Assembly (NCBI GenBank): GCA_020536535.1
Contig: JAHLWZ010000671.1
Location: 1 to 59,991, forward strand
Length of the DNA stretch: 59,991 nt
Reading direction: 5' to 3'
Origin: Pelomyxa schiedti
Taxonomy: Eukaryota > Protista > Evosea
Numbering within the stretch: position 1 is the stretch's first letter; each line of letters starts with the position of its first letter. Below are positions 47,986 through 59,991 of the stretch, one piece after another. The position numbers and the translations under genes were made by a program. The notes under the pieces were generated by a model that searched no databases, was not told where the DNA came from, and saw nothing but the letters and a program-made list of their open reading frames with translations.

Positions 47986-48149
47986 TTTTGTTTAGAAGAA
48001 ATGATTAATTTTCGTTCGATGCAGGAAATTCGGGCTCGCCGGGGTCGAATGCCAAAATTGTGATGTGACGATTTGGGATATGTTCTGGTAAAAAAAAGGA
48101 TAAGCACTCCCCCACAGAATCAGGAACAGTGGCGAGTCCATCTATGTGG

Positions 48150-48960
48150 TCATCTCAATCCCGGTGACCCCGTGGAAGATGTCAGAATCTTCTTCAGGGG
48201 ATCTGACCCGGAGCCGCTATTGTCAGTAAGATTTTCAGTGGGACGTGGCTTATGGGTGCTCACACATGGAGGTGGCCAAGCCAGGGACGATATCCACAGT
48301 AGTGTTTTACGTATTTTAGGTGTGCTCGGCCATCTCTTGAGAACTTTGAGTGATGTCTGGGGAAAGAGTTAGTGCTAGCGAAAAAGTCATGGAGTCACTT
48401 TTTGGGCAGGAATACAAGTCGCCAAATTTGGGAGTCCAGATAAACAAGCGTGTAGTATCCATACCACTGCTGCATGAGATCCACCAGGGGCCAACTGTAC
48501 CAATACCACGGCTTCGGCAGAGGCTGACTGGGGAAAGTCATAACCCTTCTGTTGTCAGTTTTTCCTCCCAAATCAAAATTACCTTCTTATCACTGCAAGG
48601 AACTTCCCACCGGAATCTCTGATAGAAGTAGAAGTGGTCCATTGAATATCCAAAAGGTAGCCTCATGCATGTTGACTCTGGGTTCTTCATTTTTCCCAAA
48701 AACAATGGTGCACCAAGAATTTCCAGGAAGTACCTTGCATAAGACTTGGAGTTATGACGGAAAATGATGAATGCAATGCACACGAGTTGAAGAACCCCTG
48801 ATCCCCACCATCATAGCTTGGCAAATCTCTCACTCAACTTAATGATCATGTCATCAAATACAGCACCATTGGGGGTCAACACAAGAACTCCGGTGTGAAA
48901 AATGCATGGATTAATGAAAGCCGCGCAGAAAGCCCCGCAGTTCATCAGCTCATCTGAATT
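48150..48960 (-). pseudogene. GT8 glycosyltransferase, plant PGSIP7/8-type, C-terminal half only, with a +1 frameshift (pseudogene or assembly error)
   Basis: DELMNCGAFCAAFINPCIFHTGVLVLTP, PSYDGGDQGFFNSYF, RLPFGYSMDHFYFYQRFRWEVPC, VMTFP..KPWYWYSWP closely follow recalled PGSIP7/8 motifs. One extra base in the AAA at 48823-48825. No DxD-containing upstream exon found in any frame of 48961-49500. Confidence 0.7.
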
Positions 48961-49507
48961 CTGTGCTCAGCATTACTGATTCCACTCCAAATTGCACAAA
49001 ACCGTAGCCGAATATTTATGTGGTGTTGACCACGGTTCCTCCCACATCAGCGACATCGTCCCTTCCATTCCCCCTTTTGCACCATTTCCTTGTTTTGTGC
49101 TTCGGTTTGCTTGTTTGCAGTGAATGGTTTTTGCCCCTCTTATGCATGGCGTGGTGCACGTGGCATGCACTTACGAGCAGCTCGCATGGAGTTTCACTGT
49201 TGCAATGACGTTTACGCTCGCTGCGCGCAACTGCACCACCAGCTGTGCAACTGCCAACCAAAGCCGTTGTTTGCTGTTGTTGTTGTTGTTGTTGCTGTTG
49301 CGTCTATGTGCGGCCGTGTTTGTTCATTGTGATGAATTTTTTAGCTCTTGGAAAGACACTCACCAACCCCCTTCTCCACAATCCACTCCAGTTCTGTTGA
49401 ACCTCCTTTATTCTCTGGTGCTTCAACATTTCTCACCATGTTCTTCAGCTGAACCTCACCAAGTAAGATATTTATGCGAAATCTTTTTAGTTGCTTCTAG
49501 TTACAGG

Positions 49508-52500
49508 CTAGGAGGAGGAAATGGCTGTTGCTGATGTAGTTGACGGGGTTGTGGTAGAGGTAGATGACGATGAAGTGGTGTGGGGGGTGCAGGATGATGG
49601 AGTGCATTTATGACCACAACCAGCAGGGCACCGTGATGTCTTTGAAAACCACTCTGACAGGTGCTTGAGGTGGCCACCATGGCCGCAGCCTTGGCACCAC
49701 AAGAATGCATTCCTTACCGGCTGATGGCTTTTTATTGGATTAGTTCTAGAGGCCAAGGGGATTATGGGATTGGGGGTGGGGGAGGGGGATTTTGATACCA
49801 AATTGAGCATAGGTCTCGTGACAGTTTGCATTCTGAGCACCATCCCCGTTTTGTGTGCCTTTTGCAGCTTGGGCATGCACTCGGTATGGTTTGCTGTTTT
49901 GTTTCCAGTTTATTTTTTGAGTTGTGGGGAGGTTCTACCTGGTTGGAATATGCAACTGCAGTTCCGTACCTCAAATGTGGGGCACATATTGTGGGAGAAC
50001 AGTTGTGAATCACTTCATTTGCTTCCAAGATTAACTGATGGCGGCGCAGCAACTCTGTGAATTTGAAATAGACATCAGAAGAAGCGAGGAAGAATCAAAA
50101 CATACCTATGTAAGCAATTACCCATCGGGAAATGGTATCATTTGGTAAACTGAGTTGCTGCCCAAGAACAAGTGCAACCAGTGCACAAAGCTTCGATAAT
50201 AGTAAGTTTCCCCTTCTTCAGTTGGTATAATACCTGCACTTCACCACTGTCTGCCATTTTCAGAAGAGTGCGTCTTACAATATCTTCCAACAGAGATGTC
50301 TGGAGTGCTGATATGCTTAGTAAGGAGTGGCAAGTTCTATTTATGTTTGGACGAAAAAATACCCCACCCCACTTGTTGGAAGACCAATCAAATCCGCTGT
50401 GGTCTTTAGAATATCTGGGATTACAAGAAAGCGAGGGCAAATTGAGGGAGGGAAGCGGCAGCAAGGGTGAAATAAGGTCCTTGTAGTAGTTAAAAAAAGA
50501 TCCCCTAAAAGAATGTGATACCTCTTCAAGTAAATCGTCAACAGTGTCTTGAGTAGCGTGAAGGTTTGACGGAACCGGAGGGTGAAGTGATGAGTCAAAG
50601 AGCTCTGTTGAGGGAAAAATGAGCAGTTAACTGCGCAAAGAGATGTCACCAACCAAGAGTCGTGCCGAGCTTGAGAGAGAGTTGTGATGGAACTTCAGGT
50701 GCCTCTTTTACGTGTGGAATGTATAATTTCCTTTCCACATCAAAAGCAACGCCAATGAAACTCCAAAGTTGACCATGTTGATGAAGTCCCACACGTTTAT
50801 ACACCTACCGGAATGAGTAGGATTCCTCATCTTTTGAAAGGAACACCTTGGAGTTGTGTTTACATAAATCGCGTATAGACGTGAGATGCTTCGTGATTCT
50901 GATGACACACTGTTGTGCGATTATAACAAAAAGAGGTATATCACCTAGGGTCACGTTGCTCTATGGAGAATGAACAAAAGGAAGCAGAACTGTAAGACTC
51001 ACCATAGATTTTTCCATGAGAAGTGCCCTGTTGAGTGAATCGTGATCTTTTTGTTGTGAAGAAGTGGATGAAACCAGGAGTAATGTATTGGACATTGGGT
51101 TGGGTGCGGGAGGAGTAAACCCAGAAGTTGCCGGTGCAAATAGAGGTGGGACTGAAGTTGACAGAGTCTGGACGTTCAAAGCAAAAGAATTAGCTGTTGC
51201 AGCCGGTTCCCCCCGTGGGTGTGATATTGGGGGAGAAAACTGAGAGACACCGGAGCTGGAAGCCAACGAATTAAGAGAAAACTGCGCTGGAAGTGAGGCC
51301 GGAATCACAGCGCCGTCATTGATAGTATTGGTCGGATTTGAAGGGGATAGTGACTCAGGGGGGTGTTGCTTTGGTGCAGGTCGTGGCTTGAGTGGTGAGG
51401 GAAGCATAGACCCAAACTTTGTCACAGCAGAAGAAGTATCTTGTGTAGAATGGATAGGAGGAGGAGGGGGTGGTGGTGGGGGCGGCGGTGTAGGGTGGTC
51501 CGGAGTAGAGATGAGAGTATGTGCCCCAGATTTGAGGGACACAGAAGAACTATGTGGCAGTGGCAGCGGTTTCTGCTGGGTTGTAGGGAATTTTTTAAGA
51601 GAATGTTGGTGGAATGCAGCAGGTAATGGGTCAGAACATAAAGGGCAATTCGAACATGACACTGCTTCACAACGTGTGCATAAACACGCTGGGGAGGGTG
51701 GGCTTAAGACTTGTACAAAACGATCTGGAGAGGGTGGGGGAAGGAACTGGGATGCTGAGGGTGGTCCCACAATAGTATCCGGCTGTTGAGGTGGCTCTTT
51801 GGAATATGCAAGGATGTTGCCAGTGCACCACGCAAGGGCTACTTGCCTGCATAAAAGGGTTTTTTTTAGCTTTCTCATTCACAACAGAGTTGGATGTATT
51901 AATCATACCGTACGTGCTGCAATGGATAGTGAGCACTGCTGATTTTTTGGAGCTTTAATGTTAAATCTTTACTGCCTAACCAAAAGTGAGGGAAACAAAA
52001 CACAAAGAAGGACAGGCACATGAAATGAGCATATCAGAGTCAAACCAGGTCATACTTGTTACAACGTCGCTGTGACCTGCCATCCAAGCATATGGAATAT
52101 ACGGCCTTCTTGTATCCCTGATTGGAATTTGTAGTTGTGTTTATCTTCATCAGTGCAAGAAAGTGCAATATTTCATCTACCAAACATGGATGCGCGAGTC
52201 CATCATGGACGAGGATGAACATATTTGGGTGCTGTACCCTTGCCGCCAAAGTATTGGACCAACATGGTGTGGGGTTTGAATTGTGTGGATGGGGAACTTG
52301 GAGTTTTGATCCAAGTTCCAAAGCTAGAACGGCATCAAAACAAAAAGAATATGCACGGTATCTCTACTTTGATAAGAGCATCGCCAGCTGTGGCAAATAC
52401 TGATGGGGCTGCTGGATGCCAATCTACAGATACTACAAGTCTGTTGTGAGCTGTATAGGACCTGAGTGCCCCAGAATAACGGCGAATATCCCAAACCTGC

Positions 52501-54138
52501 CAAGTAATGAGTTTTCAGTGAACAAAAAAAAGACTCACCTGCACAACCCCTGTCTCAAAACCAGCAATAAGATAGTTGGTGTAGTGGGGAGAAAATGCGA
52601 GATCTCGAACAGCAGTTTGCTTTGGTTCAAAAATTACAACTCGATCTTTATATCTCAAATCCTGGAGGCACCATTGGACACCATAACGGTCACTGAGACA
52701 ATTTACCAAAATTTTGATGGTTCCTTCATTGCCACCAGACATCAGTGTTACTGGGTGCTCAGGATGCCACCGAATGGCATTGACACTTCTGGAATGCTGA
52801 GGAATTGTGTCTGGAGAAAAAATAAAAACCAATAGGAAGAAGAATTAGGAAACAAACCTCTGGATGTGGAACCCAAGTCCCATATAACAATCTTGCCATT
52901 TGCAGAACCACTAGCAATGAGGTAATTGTTTTTTTTGTTCCATTGTGCACATTGTGCCGAAAATGCAAGCTTTGTGTGTCTAGCTCTCAAATTTTTTCTG
53001 GATTTGAGGCCTTCGATGGGATCAACTGAAACCAGGTTGAATACTAGGTACTTTTAGGTCAGTTTTGCATAGTTTGGTATTTTTAAGTAATAGTAGGAAC
53101 CCAAAAAAAAAGTGTGTATTACTATATAAATACTCACAGTTGGAGGAGCTAACCATTTCTGCCAGCCACAACACACATTGTTTTGTCTGGTGATAAACTC
53201 ACAGCAGTGAGAGACTCTCCTACTAGCAAACTAGATGCAAATTTTTCGGGGGCTGCAAGAACAACATGGTTATAAAGTATATGCGATCAATCAAAAGCCA
53301 AACCTTTCTCCTCAGATTGAAATTCCCTAATTTCCAAGTCAGGACTGTGTGAACAAATCTCCCCAACATTCACACCCATATCCACCACCTGATCCTGCTG
53401 CACACCCCCCTGCCGTGACTCCTCCTGCGCCCCACCACCAATAATAGTATTAACAGCAGGCCCCAAGTAAGGCTGTGGCTGCAGATTCTGGTTCTGATTC
53501 TGTACCGGAAGGGACAGGGGAGGAGGCAGAAATAGAGGCAGAGGCAGCGAAAATGGCTCCTTGGGTCTCGGTTGCGGCTGCGTCTGCGGTTGTGTCTGTG
53601 TCTGTGGCTGCTCAGGTTGGGGCGGGCGGGGTGGCGAGAGCAAGGGCAGGGGCAGGAGCAGGGGGGGCTGCGTGGGGGTCACGCTGCGCGGTGGTGGGTA
53701 GTGCGACCTGGGCGTGTAGTTGCGGGACACGTACGTGGGCTCGTCGCGCCCGCTGGCCAGGCGGAACAGCGAGTCCACCGACGCCGACGTGCTCATGCGC
53801 TGCAGTGTGGGCGGGGGAGCCGCGGCCCCGTGGGCCGCGTGGAACTGCAGCGAAGGCGGCGGCCCCCGGGGGGGCGCGAGCCCCGGCGGCGAAGTGGTGC
53901 GGGCCAGCGCCAGCGACACGGGGGAGTGAGACGCGGACTCGGGGGAGGTGGCGGGCGACGCCGCAGCGGAGCTCGACGCGGAGGAGGGCCCCAGGAGCAG
54001 CAGCAGGGGGGCCGTGGGCGGCGGCGCCGTCCCGCCCGCAGGAGGTTGCCTGTCTCCGGCCCCTTGCAGCGGCAGGTTGATGTTGGAGGCAGAAGTGCGC
54101 AGCTGCGTACTCGCTGTGGGTGGTGCCTTGGTGTCCAT
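49508..54138 (-). CDS. WDR24: GATOR2 subunit WDR24/Sea2 (WD40 repeats + C-terminal zinc-binding domain)
   Basis: WD repeats (LIASGSANGKIVIWDL; HSRSVNAIRWHP..LMSGGNEGTIK; VRDLAFSPH..LIAGFETG). C-terminal CSIC..WCQGCGHGGH..W....CPAGCGHKC as in WDR24. GC-rich low-complexity first exon. Confidence 0.88.
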
Positions 54139-54429
54139 TGGACTTTTTTTCCTTCAGGTTTTAGGTGTTAGTGGAAAATACTTCACTGATGGATCCGTGG
54201 CGACGAGAAGGAAAATGACAGCGTTACGGTCCGTTGATTATTTTATTCAGCCACTTGTCTCTACGAAACCCAGAAGGACGCCGATGGAGGGAAGGGTTGT
54301 CCCTCAATGAGCAGAAGTGAATAGCCTCCTTTAAACTAGCTTGTCCAATAAGGATAATTTCCGTTTATTCAAGTACATTCCCTATTTCCAATATTAAGAC
54401 CTATAGTACAATGATGGCTTTGGAATTTG

Positions 54430-55169
54430 GGTAGCAATTTCCACTACATGCTCAGCAGTGGGTGTGACTGAAATTTCGCCAAACTTCTTATTTGTTCCAG
54501 GACTTCATCTGGGAGTTGTCACTGCTCCCTGTCTCTCAGTGGCAGTTGAATTCATCATGAACCGTATCTAATTCCTGTGCTGTGTTAAACAAACCAAAGG
54601 AATGGGGCCCTTCATCTATCAACTGGCCATTGTGCACCCACTCCTGTAAGTTCTTGTCACTGTGTATGGTTTGCTCGTACTGGTGCAACTTATCCTGGTT
54701 CTGGTTGCAGGAACCCAGTAAGACACTTGCTTCATCAAAACCAAAGTTAAGTACCAAGTCTCAGTATCACCAGTATTCACAGTCACAACAACCCTCGCAA
54801 GTTAAGAGGTCTGCCAGTGCCAAACACCCATTGGATCCAATGGGGGTTGTTTTCCTTCTCCTCTCCTTTCTTCCCCTAACACTGTTATGGACTTTGCATG
54901 TGCACTGCGCTTTAGCGTTGAGCCTCGGCATCAGTTTTTCTCATCACTTTTTTTGAAAAGGTTTCTTCCTATCGACAGGGCTTGGTGTGGGATAATCCAC
55001 TACTGTTTGAGTTGCCAGTATGTGGACAGGTCTTTTTCTTGCGGTATGGAATCTTCCTATATTGGCGTTTTTTCACCTTTTTTTTTTTTTTTGCACAGCC
55101 TGTGTGTGCAAAGTCATACCATGGGATATTTGTGACAACCTTGAAGTAAAAAGACTTCATCCCCAACAT
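54430..55169 (-). CDS. Possible hypothetical protein (structure unresolved)
   Basis: Coding-like fragments (FYFKVVTNIPWYDFAHT; QEWVHNGQLIDEGPHSFGLF; PDEVLEQIRSLAKF). I could not join them cleanly. Confidence 0.25.
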
Positions 55170-55295
55170 GAACTTGTAACTGCGCCTGGTTTCTACGGGT
55201 CTTCATATCGTTTTCAACATTGTTGATTTTTTTTTTATTTTGATACTTTTCCTGTTCTGCCTTGTTGAACATTAGAGGTGTAGTGCCGAAAACTA

Positions 55296-56698
55296 TCATA
55301 GGTGTATTCCATGCTTATAGGCGTGCCAGACTTGGTTGAAGAGGAAATGTCTCCAAACAGCTGCGGATGAACTGCCTGGAGGCAGTGCCTTCAGCTCATC
55401 CAAGAATGCCTTGTTATCAATGAATTGATTGAAGTTTGCTTGAAAGTACCTCCTCCATGCCCACTGGTACTAGTGTCATAATTGTAAGTGCACTGAGTTT
55501 GGAAAGAGTCGGTCCACCAAAAGTTTTGAGTTGTACCAAATGTTTGCGCACGAGAGGAGTGCATAATTTTCCGTATGCTGTCCAACCTGTGGAGCTTGAG
55601 GTTAATTGGCTTTCATTCCACTGTTCGTTAAAGAACCCACCATTGCTGTTGAAGGTGTTGGCCTGGACTCCGCGGTTCTCCAAATAAGTAAAAGCTTCCA
55701 TCCAGCCCACAGCCCCAGCATAGTGTAAGCATGAGTCGTTATCCGTAGTTAGAGCCTGAACGTCCACATTAGCATGCTCCACTAGATATTGCAGGATATC
55801 CATTCTCTTAGATTCCACAGCGTAGTGCAACAGCCTCAGGCCCACCGCACTCCTACTTTCCACATGAACATGCACCACCTCGACCAGATACTGCACCAAC
55901 GCCAAATTCTGCGATTCCACAGCATAGTGCAACGCACGCAAACCCCCACCAGCTTCCGTTTCCATCAACGTGGGGTCGTGCGCAGCAAACGCCTTGATCA
56001 GTTCCAAACGTCCTTTACGAGCCGCTTTATGCACGGGATTCAGCAACCCATTGGCGCTCGCCATCCTGGCGTCTGCTCCACATCGAAGAAGTGCTGTCAC
56101 GAGGTGAAGGGCGTCAGCTTCGCGCCACAGAGACACCGCACATCGAAGAGGTGTCCACCCGTACGCATTGGGAACCTACGTGGTTGTATTGTCATACCAA
56201 TCTTGGTGAGTGGACTTTTGATTTTTGCGTGGGCACGGTTACGTTGACATAGGTCGTGTTGGCTTCAACTGTATTTATGAGGTATGCAACTGTGCATCTG
56301 TATGGTGGATCAAAGGACTGGAGAAGGATCTGGGTGTTGCTTGCTGCCATGTATTGCTTTTTTTTGTGTACATCCAACTTGGTTGTTCTCTTCCGGCATT
56401 CAGATCTAAAAGAAACAAGGACAGGTCCAGCCGCAGCCGGTCTTGACTTTCCTCCTTCTGCCTGCATTTGCCCAGCGCATTGCCCACCCACTCCACTGGC
56501 CGCCTTCCCTCGTGCACAATCTTTAGTACCACCAGCAGCACCAGTGCAGCTGCTGGGACCTATCTGTAATGGTAACCACTTGGTAACCCCTCACCATCAC
56601 ACAGCCTCCTTCTGAACTCTTCTTCACTGCTGCAGTTCACAGTCTCTGAACCAAGCACAGGCGAATTCGCAAGCGACGACGATTGGGGTGTTCCCCAT
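55296..56698 (-). CDS. Ankyrin-repeat protein with C-terminal SOCS-box-like motif; probable myristoylated N-terminus interrupted by a 1-nt frameshift
   Basis: GWTPLRCAV, NPVHKAARKGRLELIK, ALHYAVESQNLALVQYLV, LLHYAVESKRMDILQYLV, SCLHYA. C-terminal PTLSKLSALTI..ELKALPPG. TGA at 55296. Confidence 0.8.
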
Positions 56699-56976
56699 TG
56701 TGGCGAGGTGACTTCGCGTCGCTCTAGTTCTAAGTACGGTTCTAATCACTGGATTTCAGGACCCTGAGGGAGATTCAGGCCACACCTAGAACTGATGCTC
56801 TCCCTTACTACACAAGTAAAACAACAACCATCAACACCCCAGCACACCCCACAGTGTGGTGGTCACTATCCAAACCCAATCCACCTCAGCACACCCATCA
56901 AGTTTTTGTTTTGTTTTGTGAGGTCTTCTTGTTTCTTTGTTCCTGTTCACCTCCACTTGGTTTTTTTTTTTTTTTT

Positions 56977-59900
56977 TTAGGTGCTGTTGGCAAGTGTAAT
57001 ATTGTGGTCTGTGGAATTGGTGGATGATTGAAGTTGAGTTGTGACCAACATGGATATCTCGGCTTCATGCCGTTTGATTCTCACCATGCGGTTTAGTCTG
57101 GCGCGTTCCTGGGAATTCGTTAGGCAATGAACAAAACGCATTTGCTTTAGGGAAATGGAGGAAACCTCATCTGTCGGGAGAGGCCTAGTTGAGCCAATTG
57201 TGTGATAAAGAGGGTGAGCCTATTTTGGTGAGAGAGGGGATTGAGTGGAGACGGTTACTAACCTGTTGTTGAGTATCATACATTTGTCTTTGAGGGTGGA
57301 GGGACTGGCTGAGTTTAGGATTTGGTGCTCTTGATTCCATAATAAGTTCTATTTTTGCATCCGTGGGCTTCGATTCAAACTGTTGTAAGTGGGTTGATAT
57401 TGTTGATGATCCGGCACTCGATTTTGTTGGTGTATGTACTTTTGGTTTGGGGAGAGCAGTCTGCCGCTGTGATGGGCTTTGGTGAGGGGTGTGCTGTGGG
57501 GTATGAAGCTTTTTCGGACTGTATTGTCTGCGCTCTTTGGGATGAGGAGAGAGTGATTCTTCACTGCTTCTCGGTCTTCTTGGTGCCTTTGGTTTTGGAG
57601 GTCTTTCCTCTTCCTCATATGTGGGAGGTCTTTCATCCTCCTCCTCACTAGAAAGTTCCTGTATAATGGGCTGTTCGTCACTTGGATGATCACTTTGCTG
57701 GTCACTTTGTTCTTCCCTGCCATGGATGAGAAGGAAAAATGAAGTTACATTAAGGAACCGCGGCGAAGTTAAATCCGGTTCCACATTGTTTACTGTTTTG
57801 GTTAGTGCCTCCACTTTCTTGAGGAACTAGCTGGATGTAAGGTTCATTCTTATTTTGTTGTGGACTTAACACCTGTTCATTTCGTAACTTCATTCTTTGG
57901 GCATATTCTTGTGCATCAAGTCGCGGTGGCGTACTATGTTCAGGGGAATCTTCGTTGATTGTCTTTTTTTGGTTATTTTTGATGATAGAAGCCCCCTCTA
58001 CCATATTTTCTTCAGTTTCTTGGGAACTACTCAGACTTGGATTCCAGGTAAGGAGTAAAGCAGGTTGGTCATCTCCCAATGCACAAACACAGACTAGATC
58101 ATCATATGGATGCCAGGACATGCACCCAACCACATCACCCACACCCAGTGTGTGTTTGAAGACTCTAATAGGTGACCCAGTATCAGTTGCCCAAAACTGA
58201 CTAGGTTTTCACCAGTTAGAACCAAAGTATAAAAGGTCTTGGTACATTTTCCCATCTTCGGCTCCTGATGCCACGAAATGTGTGTCTGGACTCATGCATC
58301 CTCTGAGGGGATATGCCACGTTCAATAATCCTCCAATAACTCGCAATGGCTCATATAGGTGTGTGTCAACTAATGCCAGAAGTCCACCATCCCGTCCACG
58401 TGTTTGTGCAAGCAGCAGGCATCTGGTATTTTCGTTGCCCACTTCCAAACGAGAAATTGACTGTCCTTGGCACGTACGTACAGTCTTCAATAGCGAGAGT
58501 GTGCAGTGGTTTTGGTTCCGTGGTGTTGTACTGCTGCCAAGTCTTAGGGAAACAATCCATATCAACATCAAACCAGCTCCATCACCTGATATCAAGCAGG
58601 CCCCATTCTACCCTTGAACTAAATAAGATACCACTGTGTAGACACAGGCTCATTGGTTTTTACATACATCTACAAAAGCAAGTGAGTTGATGTGTGAGGA
58701 GTGCCCTTCGACAACTTGCAGGAGGGTAGCATCTGGTATTGACCAAACCCTTAAATTGTTGTCAAAAGCACCTGTGATAACTGTCCTAAAGGACATTTGA
58801 GGAAGTACAATCGATGGAAGGGAACCTACCGGCTATCCTTGAATACTGCGCAATAGACAAAAACAGGATGATGCAGAGTGACTGAAGGTGTCGCAGTATG
58901 AGTTGGTGGGGTCCCTGGGGGTTTCTCCCACATGTGCGGTGACTGAAGTTCCCAAACCTGTGTGTACAATTGATTAGCTTGTCTGGGGTTTCCAATACAA
59001 CCTTGGCTGTCAAATCAGAAGATGCAGTTAGAATGCAAGAGTCATCATGAAGCCAAGAGATGTCGTGTGTTATACTGTGGTGCCCTATTGCCAAGAAGTT
59101 CGAACAATTGCCGAAAGAAAAGGATCTTTATGTCAATACCAATGAAAGTTTGAATGCACTGCCATGTATGCACATTGAATACTTTAACAGTGTACATTAC
59201 AGGTTCTACACATACAACAGCAAGATAATGTCCACTGGGAGAGAATTGTGCCTGATGAGCTCCTCTATTGTTGTCAAACAAGATATCGAGACTTGAAGTA
59301 CTTTTTTCCAGCGGTTAATCTCGATGCAATCATATTAGGTACATGAAAAGGTGCTTCAGGTGTCTTTTGCCACTACATATGACACTCAGAAAGGATGTTT
59401 GGAACAGTAAACATACCCAAGGCTTTTTTACATGCTCGGGAATGGCAGGGACTTCAGGTTTATCGCCTTGTAGGAGGTCTTCATCCTCACTGCTATTCTC
59501 ACGGTCCCCTGATTCAGTTCCTCGATCTTCATTGGAATTTGTTGATCTTTTTTTTCCTTGCGTTACATAATTGGTTTCCTCATGTTTTCATTTATCAGAG
59601 AATCTTCGTTGAGGCGTACTTGGTATTTTTCACAAGAAGATTTTGTGGTCGAGGTTGTTTCTTAGCACTCACAGTTACATATATTGTCGAAGGATATTTT
59701 ATCTTTGAGGTGGGTGATGTTACCAAAAGATTACCACAAAGAGGGGAAAAAACCGGTTTTCCTTTCTTCCACAACCAAAAAACGTTGGGGATATCCGCGA
59801 CCTGAGCTGCTGGAACTGCAGTCTTCTGTGTATATTTATAAAGTTGCAATCTAGCCTGCATATCAAGTTATAAGAGTGGTAGAGTATGATAGTACCATCT

Positions 59901-59991
59901 TCTCTGTGTGCAGTCTATTGTTAATACCAACAGGAAGAAGGAATCCCCAGGCAATATCCATAAAACCTTGACTCACAGTAGTGCTGGTTTT
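56977..59991 (-). CDS. AHI1: Jouberin/AHI1 ciliary transition-zone WD40 protein (5' part beyond the right edge)
   Basis: IAWGFL..RLQLYKY..YPSTIYVTV (AHI1 pre-WD region), QFSPSGHYLAVVC, GHHSITHDISWLHDDSCILTASSDLTAKV, HPVFVYCA, ITGAFDNNLRVW, SGDGAGLMLIW, SPDTHFVASGAEDG, SWHPYDDLVCVC. Confidence 0.82.

Noticed and set aside
54827-54844. Perfect 18-bp palindrome CCCATTGGATCCAATGGG
   Set aside because: Roughly 60000/4^9, or about 0.2, are expected by chance in a window this size. There is no second copy or associated element.

Overview
Compact, intron-rich eukaryotic genomic DNA with about 24 protein-coding loci, short (mostly ~30-60 nt) GT-AG introns and two 100-N scaffold gaps (2520-2619, 4075-4174). 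It is not prokaryotic: no operons, CRISPR arrays or rRNA. Gene content (TSET/TPLATE-like adaptin, GATOR2 WDR24, ciliary AHI1, Entamoeba-style receptor kinase, calpain) fits a flagellated amoebozoan such as an archamoeba, but that is inference. Recognised genes, left to right: importin-beta-like (partial), dual-specificity phosphatase, a second copy of the WDR24 3' end, a beta-adaptin-family/TPLATE-like protein, a lysophospholipid acyltransferase, a >3000-aa RUN + spectrin-like-repeat protein, ADAL-like deaminase, a decayed LRR/Ser-rich surface gene, an EGF/CUB receptor TKL kinase, an NRK-like kinase with an unusual N-terminal domain, a secreted bacterial-type cupin, calpain, PEBP, a cytosolic TKL kinase, a truncated PGSIP7/8-type GT8, WDR24, an ankyrin/SOCS-box-like protein and AHI1 (partial). 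The most unusual items are the RUN-spectrin giant, sharp GC/CpG islands in the first exons of several genes, a tRNA-like/44-bp minisatellite array, and the diverged WDR24 duplicate. All domain calls come from motif recognition by eye, not database searches. Exon boundaries were traced manually and are approximate.
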